Shown here: positions 1-10,218 of the stretch, piece after piece
How positions within the stretch are numbered: position 1 is the first letter of the stretch
How the letters are laid out: every line of letters begins with the position of its first letter
Assembly: GCA_963663405.2 (NCBI GenBank)
Contig: CAXXSM010000050.1
Location: 1 to 64,000, forward strand
Length of the DNA stretch: 64,000 bases
Direction of reading: 5' to 3'
DNA from: a bacterium
GTDB taxonomy: Bacteria; Hinthialibacterota; Hinthialibacteria; Hinthialibacterales; Hinthialibacteraceae
Made by a program: the position numbers and the translations under genes
Notes under the pieces: generated by a model
The model's input: only the letters and a program-made list of their open reading frames with translations
Databases searched by the model: none
What the model was told of the DNA's origin: nothing

Positions 1-175
1 TTACCCTGATTGTATTCTTTATTATCGGACTGGTGTTTCTATCCAAATTGCCATCTGCCAAAACGAAATCTGGTAAGGCGGAGTCAAATGTTTGTGAATA
101 AATCATGCGGAGCCAAACAAAAGTTTCTCGAAGCACAACGTTATTTGAAGCAGTAAAATAGAAAGATGACCGTAT

Positions 176-1012
176 TTAATGTTCTGGCTTTTTTAATTCT
201 TTGTGGGTTTTCTTTAAATCGGACTTAATCTTTTTGATGTCCTGCGAAGGTGGTAAATCCTCTGGCAATGTTGATCCATGCTTTTTCATTACATCTCTAA
301 CCGATCTACCAACATCATACGCAGCTGTCTCGCATTCATCTTGCCCGTATATTCGTTCATTTTCAATTTTAGCCTCTGTTTGGGTGATGCGGAATAAATT
401 TGCTGCAAGTTCTCTTTTTCCCATGAAATCTAATGGCGTCCTATCACTCGGAATACCTTTTAATTTTTTTAATTTTTTGAGACACATATTATAGAGCCCT
501 ATGTATCCTTCATTTTGAAAGAATGCATAGTTATGTACGCCAGCCTGTTTAGCAATCCCTGAAAGGCTTTTTTCATGCTCGGAAACTTCCCCTCTTATAT
601 AAACTCTCTCAACATCCTCGACCTCTTCTATATATCGTTGAAACGCTTCTGTTATAGTAGCAAAATATGCTTGCGCCTTGGCAACATTCGGCTTTTTCGG
701 ATCGCCGTTCATCGCCACCAGATAGCATGCAAATTTTGAAAGTTTGTAATCAGTGATAGTTTTCCCGCTAACCTCACGCCGCTCTTGTATGAAATTCTCC
801 GCTACATTTATATTCAGAGTCATGCAACTCGTCATGGCCTTATTTATCGTTTTTTTAAATGTCTCGAATGAATTGTAGCCAAGAAATTTCATAAAATCTG
901 TGGCATACCAATAACGAAAGCCGTTATCCTGCCCAAAATCATCGAAATTCTCTTTTTCTTCATCGAAATGGAATACGTCTGGTTGGATCCTCATTTTTTT
1001 TTTGTTCTCCAT
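176..1012 (-). CDS. dinD: DNA-damage-inducible protein D (BRO-N family)
   Basis: Motifs YWYA..FM..LGY, DYKLSKFACYLVAMNGDPKK..VAKAQAYFA and ELAANLFRITQTEAKI are typical of DinD; AT-rich gene. Confidence 0.85.
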   Translation of the reverse strand: MENKKKMRIQPDVFHFDEEKENFDDFGQDNGFRYWYATDFMKFLGYNSFETFKKTINKAMTSCMTLNINVAENFIQERREVSGKTITDYKLSKFACYLVAMNGDPKKPNVAKAQAYFATITEAFQRYIEEVEDVERVYIRGEVSEHEKSLSGIAKQAGVHNYAFFQNEGYIGLYNMCLKKLKKLKGIPSDRTPLDFMGKRELAANLFRITQTEAKIENERIYGQDECETAAYDVGRSVRDVMKKHGSTLPEDLPPSQDIKKIKSDLKKTHKELKKPEH

Positions 1013-1270
1013 CGTCTTTAGCCAATCCTATATTATATTATATTGCTTGAATAGGGGATTCTGAAATCATAGAGATACTTTTTGACGCTCTCCAATGCGC
1101 CATCTACGATCTACAACCCGATTTGCTTCTCACTGATTAAACACAAATTCCCCATTATTATTAATATCTTGACTTTCGCTGGAAAGTGTTACTATATGGA
1201 TATTTAATTCCGGTAAAGGGGGGATGCCGTCATGGGCTATTGATTCTATATGAATAGGAATCTTTGGTAA

Positions 1271-2713
1271 TTAGTAATCATTTTTAAACAAATCAAACAA
1301 CTGTCGAAACCCATATCGCAAATAATTCACAAAGACTTTTGGGGAGCGGGCTTTTGCTAGTGTGCGAAAGATATAACTTGGCCGGAGATAAAAGGCGCGG
1401 AGGGCTTCGCGGCGGAGGGGTTCTAATTCTTTAATGGATAGATACTTTGTTGGAATTGCGGGGTGGTTGTACGCTGCTTTTGGTAATTCTCCTTCTTTTA
1501 GAAGTCCTTCTTTTACTGCTTCCTGGTAGAAATCTGAGCCATAGAAGGGATAGGCGTAGAAATATTCGATGAAGTCCGGATTGAGTTGAACCGCCATTTT
1601 TTTTGTCGCTTCAAAGGTCCGCCGGTCTTCCCACGGTAGGCCGATTAGCATATACACACTGCTTTTTATTCCCACTTTGCGGCACAGTTTGACCGTGGGT
1701 TCGATCGCTTCAAAGCGGACATTTTTGCGCATTTTTTCCAACATGCCGGGATCGCCGCTCTCCACGCCGAATGAAATCAACCAACATCCAGCGGCCTTCA
1801 TGGCGCGCAGCGTATCTTCATTCAACGTATCGACGCGGCTGTTGCACGACCATTGGATATCAAGTCCCTCATGTTGAATGGCTTGGCAGAGTTCGATCAC
1901 CCATCGTTTGTTCGCCGTAAACAGATCCGACCGGAATAGAAAATCACGAATTCCATGTTCTTCGACACAGTTCCGCAGTTCCGCCAGGACATTCTGTGGG
2001 GAGCGATTGCGCGCTTTGGAGCCGGAGACGACTGGCGCGAGGCAGAAGATACATGAAAATGGACAGCCCCGGCTGGTCACAATTGTGGTTTGCAACTGGC
2101 CGGTGTCGGGACGGTAATAGGGGGAGTTGTCGATCCGGCGCCGGGCCGGAAATGGAATGGAATCAATAGATTCGATGAATCCCCGGTCCGGATTGCGGAC
2201 AATTTCAGCGCCGTTCCGGTATGTGATCCCATTGATGTCATTCCACGATCCGCCCTGGCATAAATCGCTGATAGTCTCCTCATATTCCCCCCGCATAATG
2301 AGATCGAGTTGGGGATATTGCTCCAATGCTTGGCGGTCGAGATGTATAAAATGAGCGCCTTTCGTGATCGTGATAATGGATGAATCAATCGCTTTCGCCC
2401 GTTTCGCGGCTTGCAGATCTTCCTCAAGAGTCGGTGTTGTTATAGAAAGAATCAGAACATCTGGTTGAAAATCCCGAATGGTTCGCTCGAAATCCTCCCA
2501 GGTCAGTTCCTTCGCGGGATAGTCATCAATCCGGCATTCCACACCCTTATCTTCAAGAGAAGCGGCCATGTAAAGCAGATCCATCGGCGGCCTTAACGCG
2601 ACGGTGTGCAATTCTTCCAACGGAGTCTGGCAGCGGTCTTCCCGGATATATCGGCCGGTGGGCGGCACAATGAGATAGGCCTTTTTCCACGCTCTTTCCA
2701 ACAACGAAATCAC
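1271..2713 (-). CDS. Cobalamin-binding radical SAM protein (class B, HpnJ/BchE-like)
   Basis: N-terminal B12-binding domain (PPMDLLYMAA..GAH..GEYE), SRGCPFSCIFC CxxxCxxC, FGVESG. Confidence 0.85.
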   Translation of the reverse strand: MISLLERAWKKAYLIVPPTGRYIREDRCQTPLEELHTVALRPPMDLLYMAASLEDKGVECRIDDYPAKELTWEDFERTIRDFQPDVLILSITTPTLEEDLQAAKRAKAIDSSIITITKGAHFIHLDRQALEQYPQLDLIMRGEYEETISDLCQGGSWNDINGITYRNGAEIVRNPDRGFIESIDSIPFPARRRIDNSPYYRPDTGQLQTTIVTSRGCPFSCIFCLAPVVSGSKARNRSPQNVLAELRNCVEEHGIRDFLFRSDLFTANKRWVIELCQAIQHEGLDIQWSCNSRVDTLNEDTLRAMKAAGCWLISFGVESGDPGMLEKMRKNVRFEAIEPTVKLCRKVGIKSSVYMLIGLPWEDRRTFEATKKMAVQLNPDFIEYFYAYPFYGSDFYQEAVKEGLLKEGELPKAAYNHPAIPTKYLSIKELEPLRREALRAFYLRPSYIFRTLAKARSPKVFVNYLRYGFRQLFDLFKNDY

Positions 2714-2753
2714 TCCTTCTAAACAAACATACGGGCAAAACGCCCACGCATCA

Positions 2754-4160
2754 TTAATCCACTATCCTATAGTCTTTAAATTGCGGTAATTCGTCGTACC
2801 ACGAATCGAAATTCGTTGGCGATCGAGTCATCGATTCAGCGATCCGCAATCCCATTTGAATGGATAGGTCAATATTATTATGGTGGAACAAACCCTGCCG
2901 GCCAACGGCGCCGCAGTTTTTCAACGAACGCATATACGATAACACTGTCTGCAAATCGGTCTCATATCCTGTATGATAGATAGGATACCCATCCCGTATG
3001 CGAAGCGTGAACGCGTCAACGGACCGTCGCGAAATCAGACCGGTTTCGATCAACGCGCCTTCCGCGTCCTGGACAATCCGCTCCACGCTGTGGCGCCACA
3101 TCTCATCCCCTTCAGCGCAGGGGAATTCCAAGCAAAGACAGGTTCTTCCTTCCCGAACCGGCTTTGGTGAGAAATTATCGGGGATACTGATTCGTGAAAA
3201 CGGGATCTCTTTTTGAGGATAATACAACCACGTATCGTTCAAACCGAGATCTTTGTCAAATAACAGATAGAGAAGAACGATTGAACGGAATTTCAATTGT
3301 GACGCGGTGGATAGAATTTCCGGCGGCGCGGCGGGTGAGATCGAGCGGATTAAATCCGGGAGAGGGATTGTGGAAATAATACGATCAAACGAATATTCCA
3401 TAATGCCTTCATTTCCTTTGATTTGCGCGCTTCTCATTAATCCATCTTCGACCTTGATTCCAATCAATTCTTGATTGAGTTGAATCGATGCGCCCAGGCT
3501 TTGAATTTTCTCCGCGAAAAGATCGGATATCGAACCGATTCCATTCTGTGGATAGAGGAATTCTTTAAGAGATGTTTCGCCTTTGGAGAAAAGAATATCC
3601 TTCATTGTATGCCAGATATTATTCCCAGAAATACGGACACGGGCGGTTTCGGCTGAGATTTTCTGCGCGTCTATACCCCACACTTTTTCTGCAAAGGATT
3701 TAAAAATATGAAGATACAATTCATTCCCGAATTTGTTTTGAATATATTCCTCATAATTCTTCGCTTCTCCCCCTGCGAATGGATTGAGCACGCCTAATGC
3801 GGAAAGAAAGAAGCGGAAAGAGGAACCAATTCCAAGCGCCCGCAACGTTTCCAGGATTTTTATCGGATATTGGATGTATCGCCCATTGAGATACATCCGG
3901 CTGTGACGGATAACCGGAGCCATGATATCGTCACAATGGCTTTTAATAAAATCGCTGACTTCGGGAATATCCGTATAAAAACGGTGGGGGCCAAGATCAA
4001 GGTTATATCCATTCCATTGAATCGTTTTCGCCAATCCTCCCGGCGCATTATTCCGCTCGATTAATGTCACTTCGTATTCATCTGTTGAAGAGAGCAGTTT
4101 CCACGCCGCGATGAGTCCTGTAATTCCCGCGCCAAGGATCAGCGCTTTTTTCTTTTGCAT
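2754..4160 (-). CDS. FAD-dependent oxidoreductase (HemY/UDP-galactopyranose mutase-like, glycan-cluster type)
   Basis: GAGITG Rossmann motif, GGLA, DLGPHRF, C-terminal GRQGLF. Confidence 0.75.
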   Translation of the reverse strand: MQKKKALILGAGITGLIAAWKLLSSTDEYEVTLIERNNAPGGLAKTIQWNGYNLDLGPHRFYTDIPEVSDFIKSHCDDIMAPVIRHSRMYLNGRYIQYPIKILETLRALGIGSSFRFFLSALGVLNPFAGGEAKNYEEYIQNKFGNELYLHIFKSFAEKVWGIDAQKISAETARVRISGNNIWHTMKDILFSKGETSLKEFLYPQNGIGSISDLFAEKIQSLGASIQLNQELIGIKVEDGLMRSAQIKGNEGIMEYSFDRIISTIPLPDLIRSISPAAPPEILSTASQLKFRSIVLLYLLFDKDLGLNDTWLYYPQKEIPFSRISIPDNFSPKPVREGRTCLCLEFPCAEGDEMWRHSVERIVQDAEGALIETGLISRRSVDAFTLRIRDGYPIYHTGYETDLQTVLSYMRSLKNCGAVGRQGLFHHNNIDLSIQMGLRIAESMTRSPTNFDSWYDELPQFKDYRIVD

Positions 4161-4235
4161 GATTCAGAGATCCGATTCAATTCCCAGCGTTGAAACGCTG
4201 GATTGTTTCTTAAATTAAAACATAAAGTCGATCGA

Positions 4236-4958
4236 TTATGAGCGCCAGAAAAACCGAATTTTGAGCAGAGTCCAAACGGCGGTAATAAAATCGGGCCAAC
4301 CGATTTTCTTGCCTTCCGCAATCGTACGAGCCACGAATGAGACCGGGACTTCCAAGATCGTAAAGCCTTTTTTCAGCGCTTTCGCGGTCACTTCAGGACA
4401 AAATTCAAACCCTTGGCATTCAAGAGGTATTTTTTCAATGACTGAGCGATGAAACGCTTTATAAGCCGTCGCTTCATCCGTGATTTTGCAAAGAAAGAGG
4501 AGCGAGACCATTTTAGCCAGAATCCAATTGGCGACACGATTGGCAAGCCGCATATCTTTCACGGATCCCATGAATCTAGAACCATAACAGATCAACGTTT
4601 CTCCATCAATGATGGGTTGAATAACGCTGATGATATCATTTGGATCGTATTCAAGATCCGCGTCTTGAATAATTACAATATCACCGGTGAATCGGCTCAA
4701 ACCGGTACGGATCGCGGCCCCTTTACCCTGGTTTCGCGTATGCGAAAGAACAATAACATCGGGATGAGATTTTTCCAATTCAAGAATCGACTCGGTTCGA
4801 TCCGTCGAACAGTCGTTCACGAGAATGATCTCACGATTCGCCCATTCAATAGCCCGGACTTTTTTCAAAACTTCCGGCAGCAGTTCTTCTTCGTTATAAA
4901 TTGGGATAATGATGGACAGTTTTGGAAGCCGGTCACTCACTCGTTCTTGATTCTCCAA
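4236..4958 (-). CDS. Glycosyltransferase family 2 (DPM1-like)
   Basis: LSIIIPIYNEE, VNDCSTD, NQGKGAA, QDADLEYDP, GSRF. Confidence 0.9.
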   Translation of the reverse strand: MENQERVSDRLPKLSIIIPIYNEEELLPEVLKKVRAIEWANREIILVNDCSTDRTESILELEKSHPDVIVLSHTRNQGKGAAIRTGLSRFTGDIVIIQDADLEYDPNDIISVIQPIIDGETLICYGSRFMGSVKDMRLANRVANWILAKMVSLLFLCKITDEATAYKAFHRSVIEKIPLECQGFEFCPEVTAKALKKGFTILEVPVSFVARTIAEGKKIGWPDFITAVWTLLKIRFFWRS

Positions 4959-5092
4959 AGGACGCTCCTATGCAATAAACAATGGATAGGGACACAAGAA
5001 AAAATAATACCCTAAAAGAATAGAGAGTGAATGATCGTGGATTCTTTTTCACAAGACGTGACAACATCTTTTGGATATCTTGGTTTATTCCA

Positions 5093-5563
5093 TCACAAAA
5101 GGGCGCGTAAATCCTTCAGCAAAAAGAATAATTGCATTTCATTCAATGGCGATGGGGAAAATCCAAAATGTTCATAGAAAGCGCGAGCGTCTTGATCCAA
5201 AGCATGTACCAACAATGCGCGCACACCCATAATATCCGCCGCCCGATTAATACGCAACATAGCGTCTTTTAGCAAAGCCGCTCCCAATCCTTTACCATGC
5301 TCAGATGTATCAACGGCGAGACGAGTCAATAACGCGACCGGAATCGGATAATTGGGGATTCCTTTTTTTACCCGAAGAGGAACATCCTTCCTATCCACGC
5401 TACCGGCGGAAAGAGCATAATACCCAACAACCTTACCGGATCGTTGTACTACATAGGTTTGAGTCATTTGGCTCCGCTGATTAACAAGCGCATACTTGCG
5501 CAGCCATTCATCCATGACCGGCTTTCCACATGAAAACATGGAAAGATCATGTTCAGGAGTCAA
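5093..5563 (-). CDS. GNAT acetyltransferase toxin (TacT/AtaT family); true start probably further upstream (up to about 5621)
   Basis: HDL..FSCG...D.WL, RLAVD..HGKGLG acetyl-CoA motif, FYEHFGF; directly downstream of a DUF1778 antitoxin. Confidence 0.9.
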   Translation of the reverse strand: MTPEHDLSMFSCGKPVMDEWLRKYALVNQRSQMTQTYVVQRSGKVVGYYALSAGSVDRKDVPLRVKKGIPNYPIPVALLTRLAVDTSEHGKGLGAALLKDAMLRINRAADIMGVRALLVHALDQDARAFYEHFGFSPSPLNEMQLFFLLKDLRALL

Positions 5564-5617
5564 TTTCTCAATTTCTGAGTAAGGTGAATTCGCTTCCAGG
5601 TTTTTGTTCTTTCGTAA

Positions 5618-5914
5618 TCACTTTGGTTCTTCCAAGATACTCGGTTCTTCTAAAAGACGTTTCATTCGAAGCTTGGGTTGGGGAGGTTGGTCAAGAGCCT
5701 CAAGAAAAGCCTTCATTTGTTCTTCGGTCACATAAAAATGGCGTTGATCGGCTAAATCCTGTTCGGCCTGTTTACAAACAGATTCCAGAATGTATTGACT
5801 AATTTTCTTACCACAAGAAGCAGCGCCGGATCGGATAATCTCGGCTTCATATGGAGTCGCCCGGAGATTGATTCTCTCCGTACGAGCTGAATCGTGAGAC
5901 TGTGATGCAGGCAT
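5618..5914 (-). CDS. DUF1778 ribbon-helix-helix antitoxin (TacA/AtaR family)
   Basis: RTERINLR...AA..G..ISQYIL, F..FLEALDQPPQP; AGGAAGG RBS before ATG at 5914. Confidence 0.88.
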   Translation of the reverse strand: MPASQSHDSARTERINLRATPYEAEIIRSGAASCGKKISQYILESVCKQAEQDLADQRHFYVTEEQMKAFLEALDQPPQPKLRMKRLLEEPSILEEPK

Positions 5915-5935
5915 TTTGTGATTCCTTCCTTGTGA

Positions 5936-5968
5936 GTACATTGTACGTCAAAACATTTGTGATGTCAA
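5936..5968 (-). promoter_or_regulatory. Sigma70 promoter of the TA operon with overlapping GTAC palindromic operator
   Basis: Minus strand TTGACA-17nt-TACAAT; palindrome GTACAATGTAC over the -10 box. Confidence 0.75.
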
Positions 5969-6100
5969 ACACTAAGAATGGTCTATAAATTTGGGGGATT
6001 ACATAAGCGCGGACTACATGGATAAGTACAATTTAATGCGTCAATACCACAATCAAACGATTTTCGATCGTGTTTCTTGGGATTGAGAAGCTCAAACGTC

Positions 6101-6376
6101 CTATTCACTGACGATCTCCCGGTAATTCCGGGCGTCTTTCATCATCCGATTCGTCGGTTTTGGTGGATTATCAATCATTTCGAAAAACGCATGCCAGTCC
6201 TCTTCACTCAACCGAGTATTCTCATACTCATCAATCACGGCTTGCGCCATCCGCTGGATACTTTGCCGGATAAATTTACTCTTATCCAGTTTTAGATGCT
6301 TCCTTGCCTTCTCCATCATATTAAAAGTAACTGTATCCATTCGAATTTTCAGTGTATTCCCTTTTTGTATATCCAT
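6101..6376 (-). CDS. Second, orphan DUF1778-like antitoxin
   Basis: LKIRMD...KAR....KSKFIRQS and LSEEDWHAFFEMIDNPPKPT match the DUF1778 pattern; no toxin follows. Confidence 0.75.
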   Translation of the reverse strand: MDIQKGNTLKIRMDTVTFNMMEKARKHLKLDKSKFIRQSIQRMAQAVIDEYENTRLSEEDWHAFFEMIDNPPKPTNRMMKDARNYREIVSE

Positions 6377-6552
6377 GATCAAGTACACATCCTTTTTACT
6401 GTATTGTACCCACATTTGTGCCCTTAAGTCATACAAATTCAATACCCATGCCACAATCACAGAGTAAACATCATTTCTCAAACAATACAACCATTTTATT
6501 TCATTACTCAGAATTCTTTACACCTCAAAATTTTATTAAAAACTACAGTCAA

Positions 6553-6864
6553 TTATGATGAATGACTGGTGGCCAGAGCCCGGCGCACAGCCTCTGGTTC
6601 TTTATCCAACACGACAAGGAAATTCCTGGCCGCGCCGGAAGGCGTCATTCGTCCCTGTTCCCATTCTTGAATAGTACGCAGGCTGAAACCGTAAACCTCA
6701 GCAAAACGTTTCTGGCTCATACAAAGTTTTTCGCGGATACGTTTCACATCAATTTCCTCAGGAATATGAACGCGGTATTTCTTTAGATCGGCTTCCCCTT
6801 TAGCAAAAGTTAATGCTTGCTCTGCGCTTTCGATCAATCGTTTTCCAAACTCAGTCATTATCAT
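6553..6864 (-). CDS. XRE HTH protein (YiaG/HigA-like antitoxin), no adjacent toxin
   Basis: IDVKRIREKL.MSQ..FA..YGFS.RTIQEWEQGR..PSGAA..FL.VL..EPEAV. Confidence 0.85.
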   Translation of the reverse strand: MIMTEFGKRLIESAEQALTFAKGEADLKKYRVHIPEEIDVKRIREKLCMSQKRFAEVYGFSLRTIQEWEQGRMTPSGAARNFLVVLDKEPEAVRRALATSHSS

Positions 6865-6905
6865 CCATACCTTCTATACATATATGTACACCAATCCAAA
6901 TTAGA

Positions 6906-8312
6906 TTATATCGCAATATCGGAATCCTCATCATCCAACGGCCTCTCTAAAACAAGATACCCTACACTCGATGGAGTCAATCGTTTGGAATTTGCTGCTG
7001 GGCGAAAGAAAAGCAGCGCTAAAAGCGGCTGGATCATTTGAGGTAGATGACATCCAATAGGATGTTTGAGCGGATCAAGCCAGCGGCGGCAAGGTAGGAA
7101 ACCATCATCATAGAAGCCGTATTCCACAATTCTCCAGGGCGCGGATTCTCCCAAGCGTTGAATCATATCCTGTGGAGAATAATTCCGGCAGAAGACTTCA
7201 TGCCATTGTATTGCTGGTTTAGGCTGAGCGCTTTTTGAATCGGCGCCGGTTTGATAGCCGATTTCATAGGGAGTTTCCATCCATGATTCGCTTAAACATG
7301 GTCCACTCTCCACTGTGACCACTGCCCTCCCACCAGGTTTGGTAACTCGGTAGATTTCCCGCATACATTCGATATCGCCGTTTCCTGGAATATGTTCCAA
7401 GGCGCAGAGAGCGGAGACGCCATCAAACTGATTAGATTTGAAAGGCAGTTTTAAACCATCTCCAGCGGCGAATGTCACATCACTTTTAATCCCTCGCTGT
7501 CCTATCTTCACAAGCGCCTCGTTTAAATCTGCAAAGCCATATAGGGAACCATCTAAAGCGGTTATAGACGGTCCGCGAGTGGACCAATATAATGGAAGCG
7601 GATTCTTCCCCGTTCCGATATCCAACAATTTTACGCCTGACCGATCCGTTGGGAGCGCGCGGGAAGCGATCATCGCTTCACGATTTTTATGATAGGTAAA
7701 GAGGATTCGCGGATAGGATGGATCAAACCGCATGGTGAAACGCAGAAACTCACTCAATCGAAAGCGGGATGATCCCTTCTCCGGAGCGATCCATCCGGGA
7801 GCGGCCCTCTCCAATGCGCGGATTAGAATCCATGTTTTCCAAGCGGCGATTCGTTTTAATAACAGAATGAGAGAGTGGAATGGATGAGAAAGAAACCACA
7901 ATGGTTTTAAGAAATTGGATACGATCTCTTTATTACGGATGACAATAATGTGACGCAAAAGCCGCCGGTCGAGATCACCCAATTTCCTCGCTTTTTGAAG
8001 CCATTTCCTTTGCGCTGTATGTTCCCCTCGTGCGGCGCTCATCTCCGCCAAGAGGCGGCAGAGTCCATAATCCGGTTCTTTGAATTGCAACCGGTGAGAG
8101 AACGCTTCAAACGCACGACTGTATCGTCCGGTTTTATAATAGAAATAACCGAGATGAGACCAAGCGTCAGCGGATTTAGGAAACCGGTTAACAGTTTCTT
8201 TTAAAATCGCTTCCGCCTCTCCTAAATTACCGGACTGAGCCAACCGCGCCGCTTTCTCGATGTAAGTATTGAATTCGGGAGCGGATGGATTCACTTCGTT
8301 TCCCAAAGCCAA
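6906..8312 (-). CDS. TPR-repeat plus class I SAM-dependent methyltransferase protein
   Basis: N-terminal TPR helices; LLDIGTG, GDGLKLPF, ALEHIP, RVTKPGG. Confidence 0.75.
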   Translation of the reverse strand: MALGNEVNPSAPEFNTYIEKAARLAQSGNLGEAEAILKETVNRFPKSADAWSHLGYFYYKTGRYSRAFEAFSHRLQFKEPDYGLCRLLAEMSAARGEHTAQRKWLQKARKLGDLDRRLLRHIIVIRNKEIVSNFLKPLWFLSHPFHSLILLLKRIAAWKTWILIRALERAAPGWIAPEKGSSRFRLSEFLRFTMRFDPSYPRILFTYHKNREAMIASRALPTDRSGVKLLDIGTGKNPLPLYWSTRGPSITALDGSLYGFADLNEALVKIGQRGIKSDVTFAAGDGLKLPFKSNQFDGVSALCALEHIPGNGDIECMREIYRVTKPGGRAVVTVESGPCLSESWMETPYEIGYQTGADSKSAQPKPAIQWHEVFCRNYSPQDMIQRLGESAPWRIVEYGFYDDGFLPCRRWLDPLKHPIGCHLPQMIQPLLALLFFRPAANSKRLTPSSVGYLVLERPLDDEDSDIAI

Positions 8313-10123
8313 CTCCGGCGGATTTTACGCGCCAATGGAGGGAAATCACTGCTTTCTTCGATTTTGTATTTCACAACATTCCATCCTTCTTGCAGATGAA
8401 GAACTCGTTCGAGCAGCCGGTCGTCCCGCAGGAGTGTGATTTCGATTTCTCCATCGATAGCATGGCGGCGCAAGACAGTATTGAAATCCCCATACAACAC
8501 CCGCTCTTTATCCAGCGCAATCAAGAGATCATGGCGATCCAATCCGGCTTGTCCCGCCGGGGCTTGATCGTGAATGGATGTGATTTTTGGAAATCCACCT
8601 TGACCGGACGCAAGAGTCAGGCCTGTGTAGGGCAGAGGCGGATCGTGATCTTCCGTCTTTAATTTCAATGCGGCGAAGGAAAGATAGTGAGCGAGATTGA
8701 TTTCTCCAGGCGATGCGACAAGCGTCTCATAGAAATGATCCCAGCGGGTACCCGTAGTATCTTCCAGCGCTTTTAAAACATCCTTAGTTGTATAAGCGCG
8801 GCCTTTGAAATAATAACTATCCGATTCGGCTTCCTCATAACAGCGCTGATAAAGGAGCCGGAAAAAGTCTTCGAAGGTTTTTTGATTTTTCGTTTGATGG
8901 CGGATTTCAAAATCGATGCACATCGATACCAATTGGCCGGTCAAGTAATACGAGAGCCACGTGTTTTCCCAGTTGGACTCACCATACGTGTCGCCTAATC
9001 GCTGCCAGAGAAACGTGTCGTAGCTAGCCTGTTCGGGGCTGCGCTGAAAACGGGCCGGGGAATTTCGAAAATCCTGAATGTCGTTCTGCAAACGTTCATA
9101 TAACTTTTCTTTTGTCCAGACTCCGGAACGAGTGATAATCATATGCGCGAAGTAATTCGTTCCCCCTTCCGCCAACCAGAGCAACGGAGTCCAGGCTTCC
9201 TCTTGGTAATCCCAAGGCCCCAGTTCCTTGGGACGCAGGCGTTTGACGTTCCATGCGTGCGTCAGTTCATGAGCGGTAACCCAGAGGGTCCAATCCATCA
9301 GCGTTCCCGTATCGCTGATATCATGCTTGCGCGTAAGTTGGCAGCAATTAAGGTGTTCCATCCCCGCGCTGTCCCGTGAATCCGGAAGGAAATGATAAAA
9401 ATAGGTATAACATTCCGTATCGAGAGGCCCCAGCATCTCCACCACTGTTTGCTGCATTTTATGTACTTTTTCCACAAATTCAGGAATCGGTTCGCGTTCA
9501 CCGTTGTTGAGAATACAGACACGATATTCGGTATTTTCGATCTTGAAGCGCTCAACAAAGAACACACCCAACTGCACGAGATCATCAATCATCAAATCAT
9601 AGTTCGGGAACGTAAATTCCGTCTGTCCCAACTCCCCGGCGCTGGAGAGAATCATCCAATCATCCGGGGGAACCACAGTCAACCGAACAGGATCGGGTTT
9701 ATGCCCCACAATATACATATAAAGGCTTCCCCCATCCAGGAACGCATGGAAATCATTCAATTGAGAAAAATCACCCGCTAAATTATTGCCATAAACTTTA
9801 TAATGGATCGTAATTTGGGATTGCCCCTTTGTATCAATCCGCCATGTATGTTGATCGATTTTACGCGAGCGCAATCCTTCCCCCTTCCCCTTTGCGGAAA
9901 AATCACGGACATTACGGGCGAAATTACGGATTAAATACCGCCCTGGCGACCAAGCAGGCATCCGCACGTCAATGTATACAGCCGCCACATCCGTCAGATC
10001 AATTTGTACGTGAAAATAATGCGTGACAGGCTGGGGCATAGAGATCGTGTATGCGATCTCCAAAGCGCACGCTGGAAGAGAGAACAAAGCAAAGACAAAT
10101 ATTAAAAAAGCGATTCGTTTCAT
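8291..10123 (-). CDS. Secreted M61 family aminopeptidase with PDZ domain
   Basis: Signal peptide, MPAWSPGRY, GMEH, HELTHAWN (HExxH), LLWLAEG, C-terminal PDZ (PAGQAGL). Confidence 0.9.
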   Translation of the reverse strand: MKRIAFLIFVFALFSLPACALEIAYTISMPQPVTHYFHVQIDLTDVAAVYIDVRMPAWSPGRYLIRNFARNVRDFSAKGKGEGLRSRKIDQHTWRIDTKGQSQITIHYKVYGNNLAGDFSQLNDFHAFLDGGSLYMYIVGHKPDPVRLTVVPPDDWMILSSAGELGQTEFTFPNYDLMIDDLVQLGVFFVERFKIENTEYRVCILNNGEREPIPEFVEKVHKMQQTVVEMLGPLDTECYTYFYHFLPDSRDSAGMEHLNCCQLTRKHDISDTGTLMDWTLWVTAHELTHAWNVKRLRPKELGPWDYQEEAWTPLLWLAEGGTNYFAHMIITRSGVWTKEKLYERLQNDIQDFRNSPARFQRSPEQASYDTFLWQRLGDTYGESNWENTWLSYYLTGQLVSMCIDFEIRHQTKNQKTFEDFFRLLYQRCYEEAESDSYYFKGRAYTTKDVLKALEDTTGTRWDHFYETLVASPGEINLAHYLSFAALKLKTEDHDPPLPYTGLTLASGQGGFPKITSIHDQAPAGQAGLDRHDLLIALDKERVLYGDFNTVLRRHAIDGEIEITLLRDDRLLERVLHLQEGWNVVKYKIEESSDFPPLARKIRRSWLWETK

Positions 10124-10218
10124 GATAGGACCACCGTACTTGTTTTTTACTACAGAAAATCATAGGGGAGGTATGATACTTTGTCGATAGGAGGCTATGG
10201 CGAACGAAAATGATTCAA

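Noticed and set aside
1013-1270. LexA/SOS box upstream of dinD
   Set aside because: Only AT-rich TATAT repeats; no operator I can recognise
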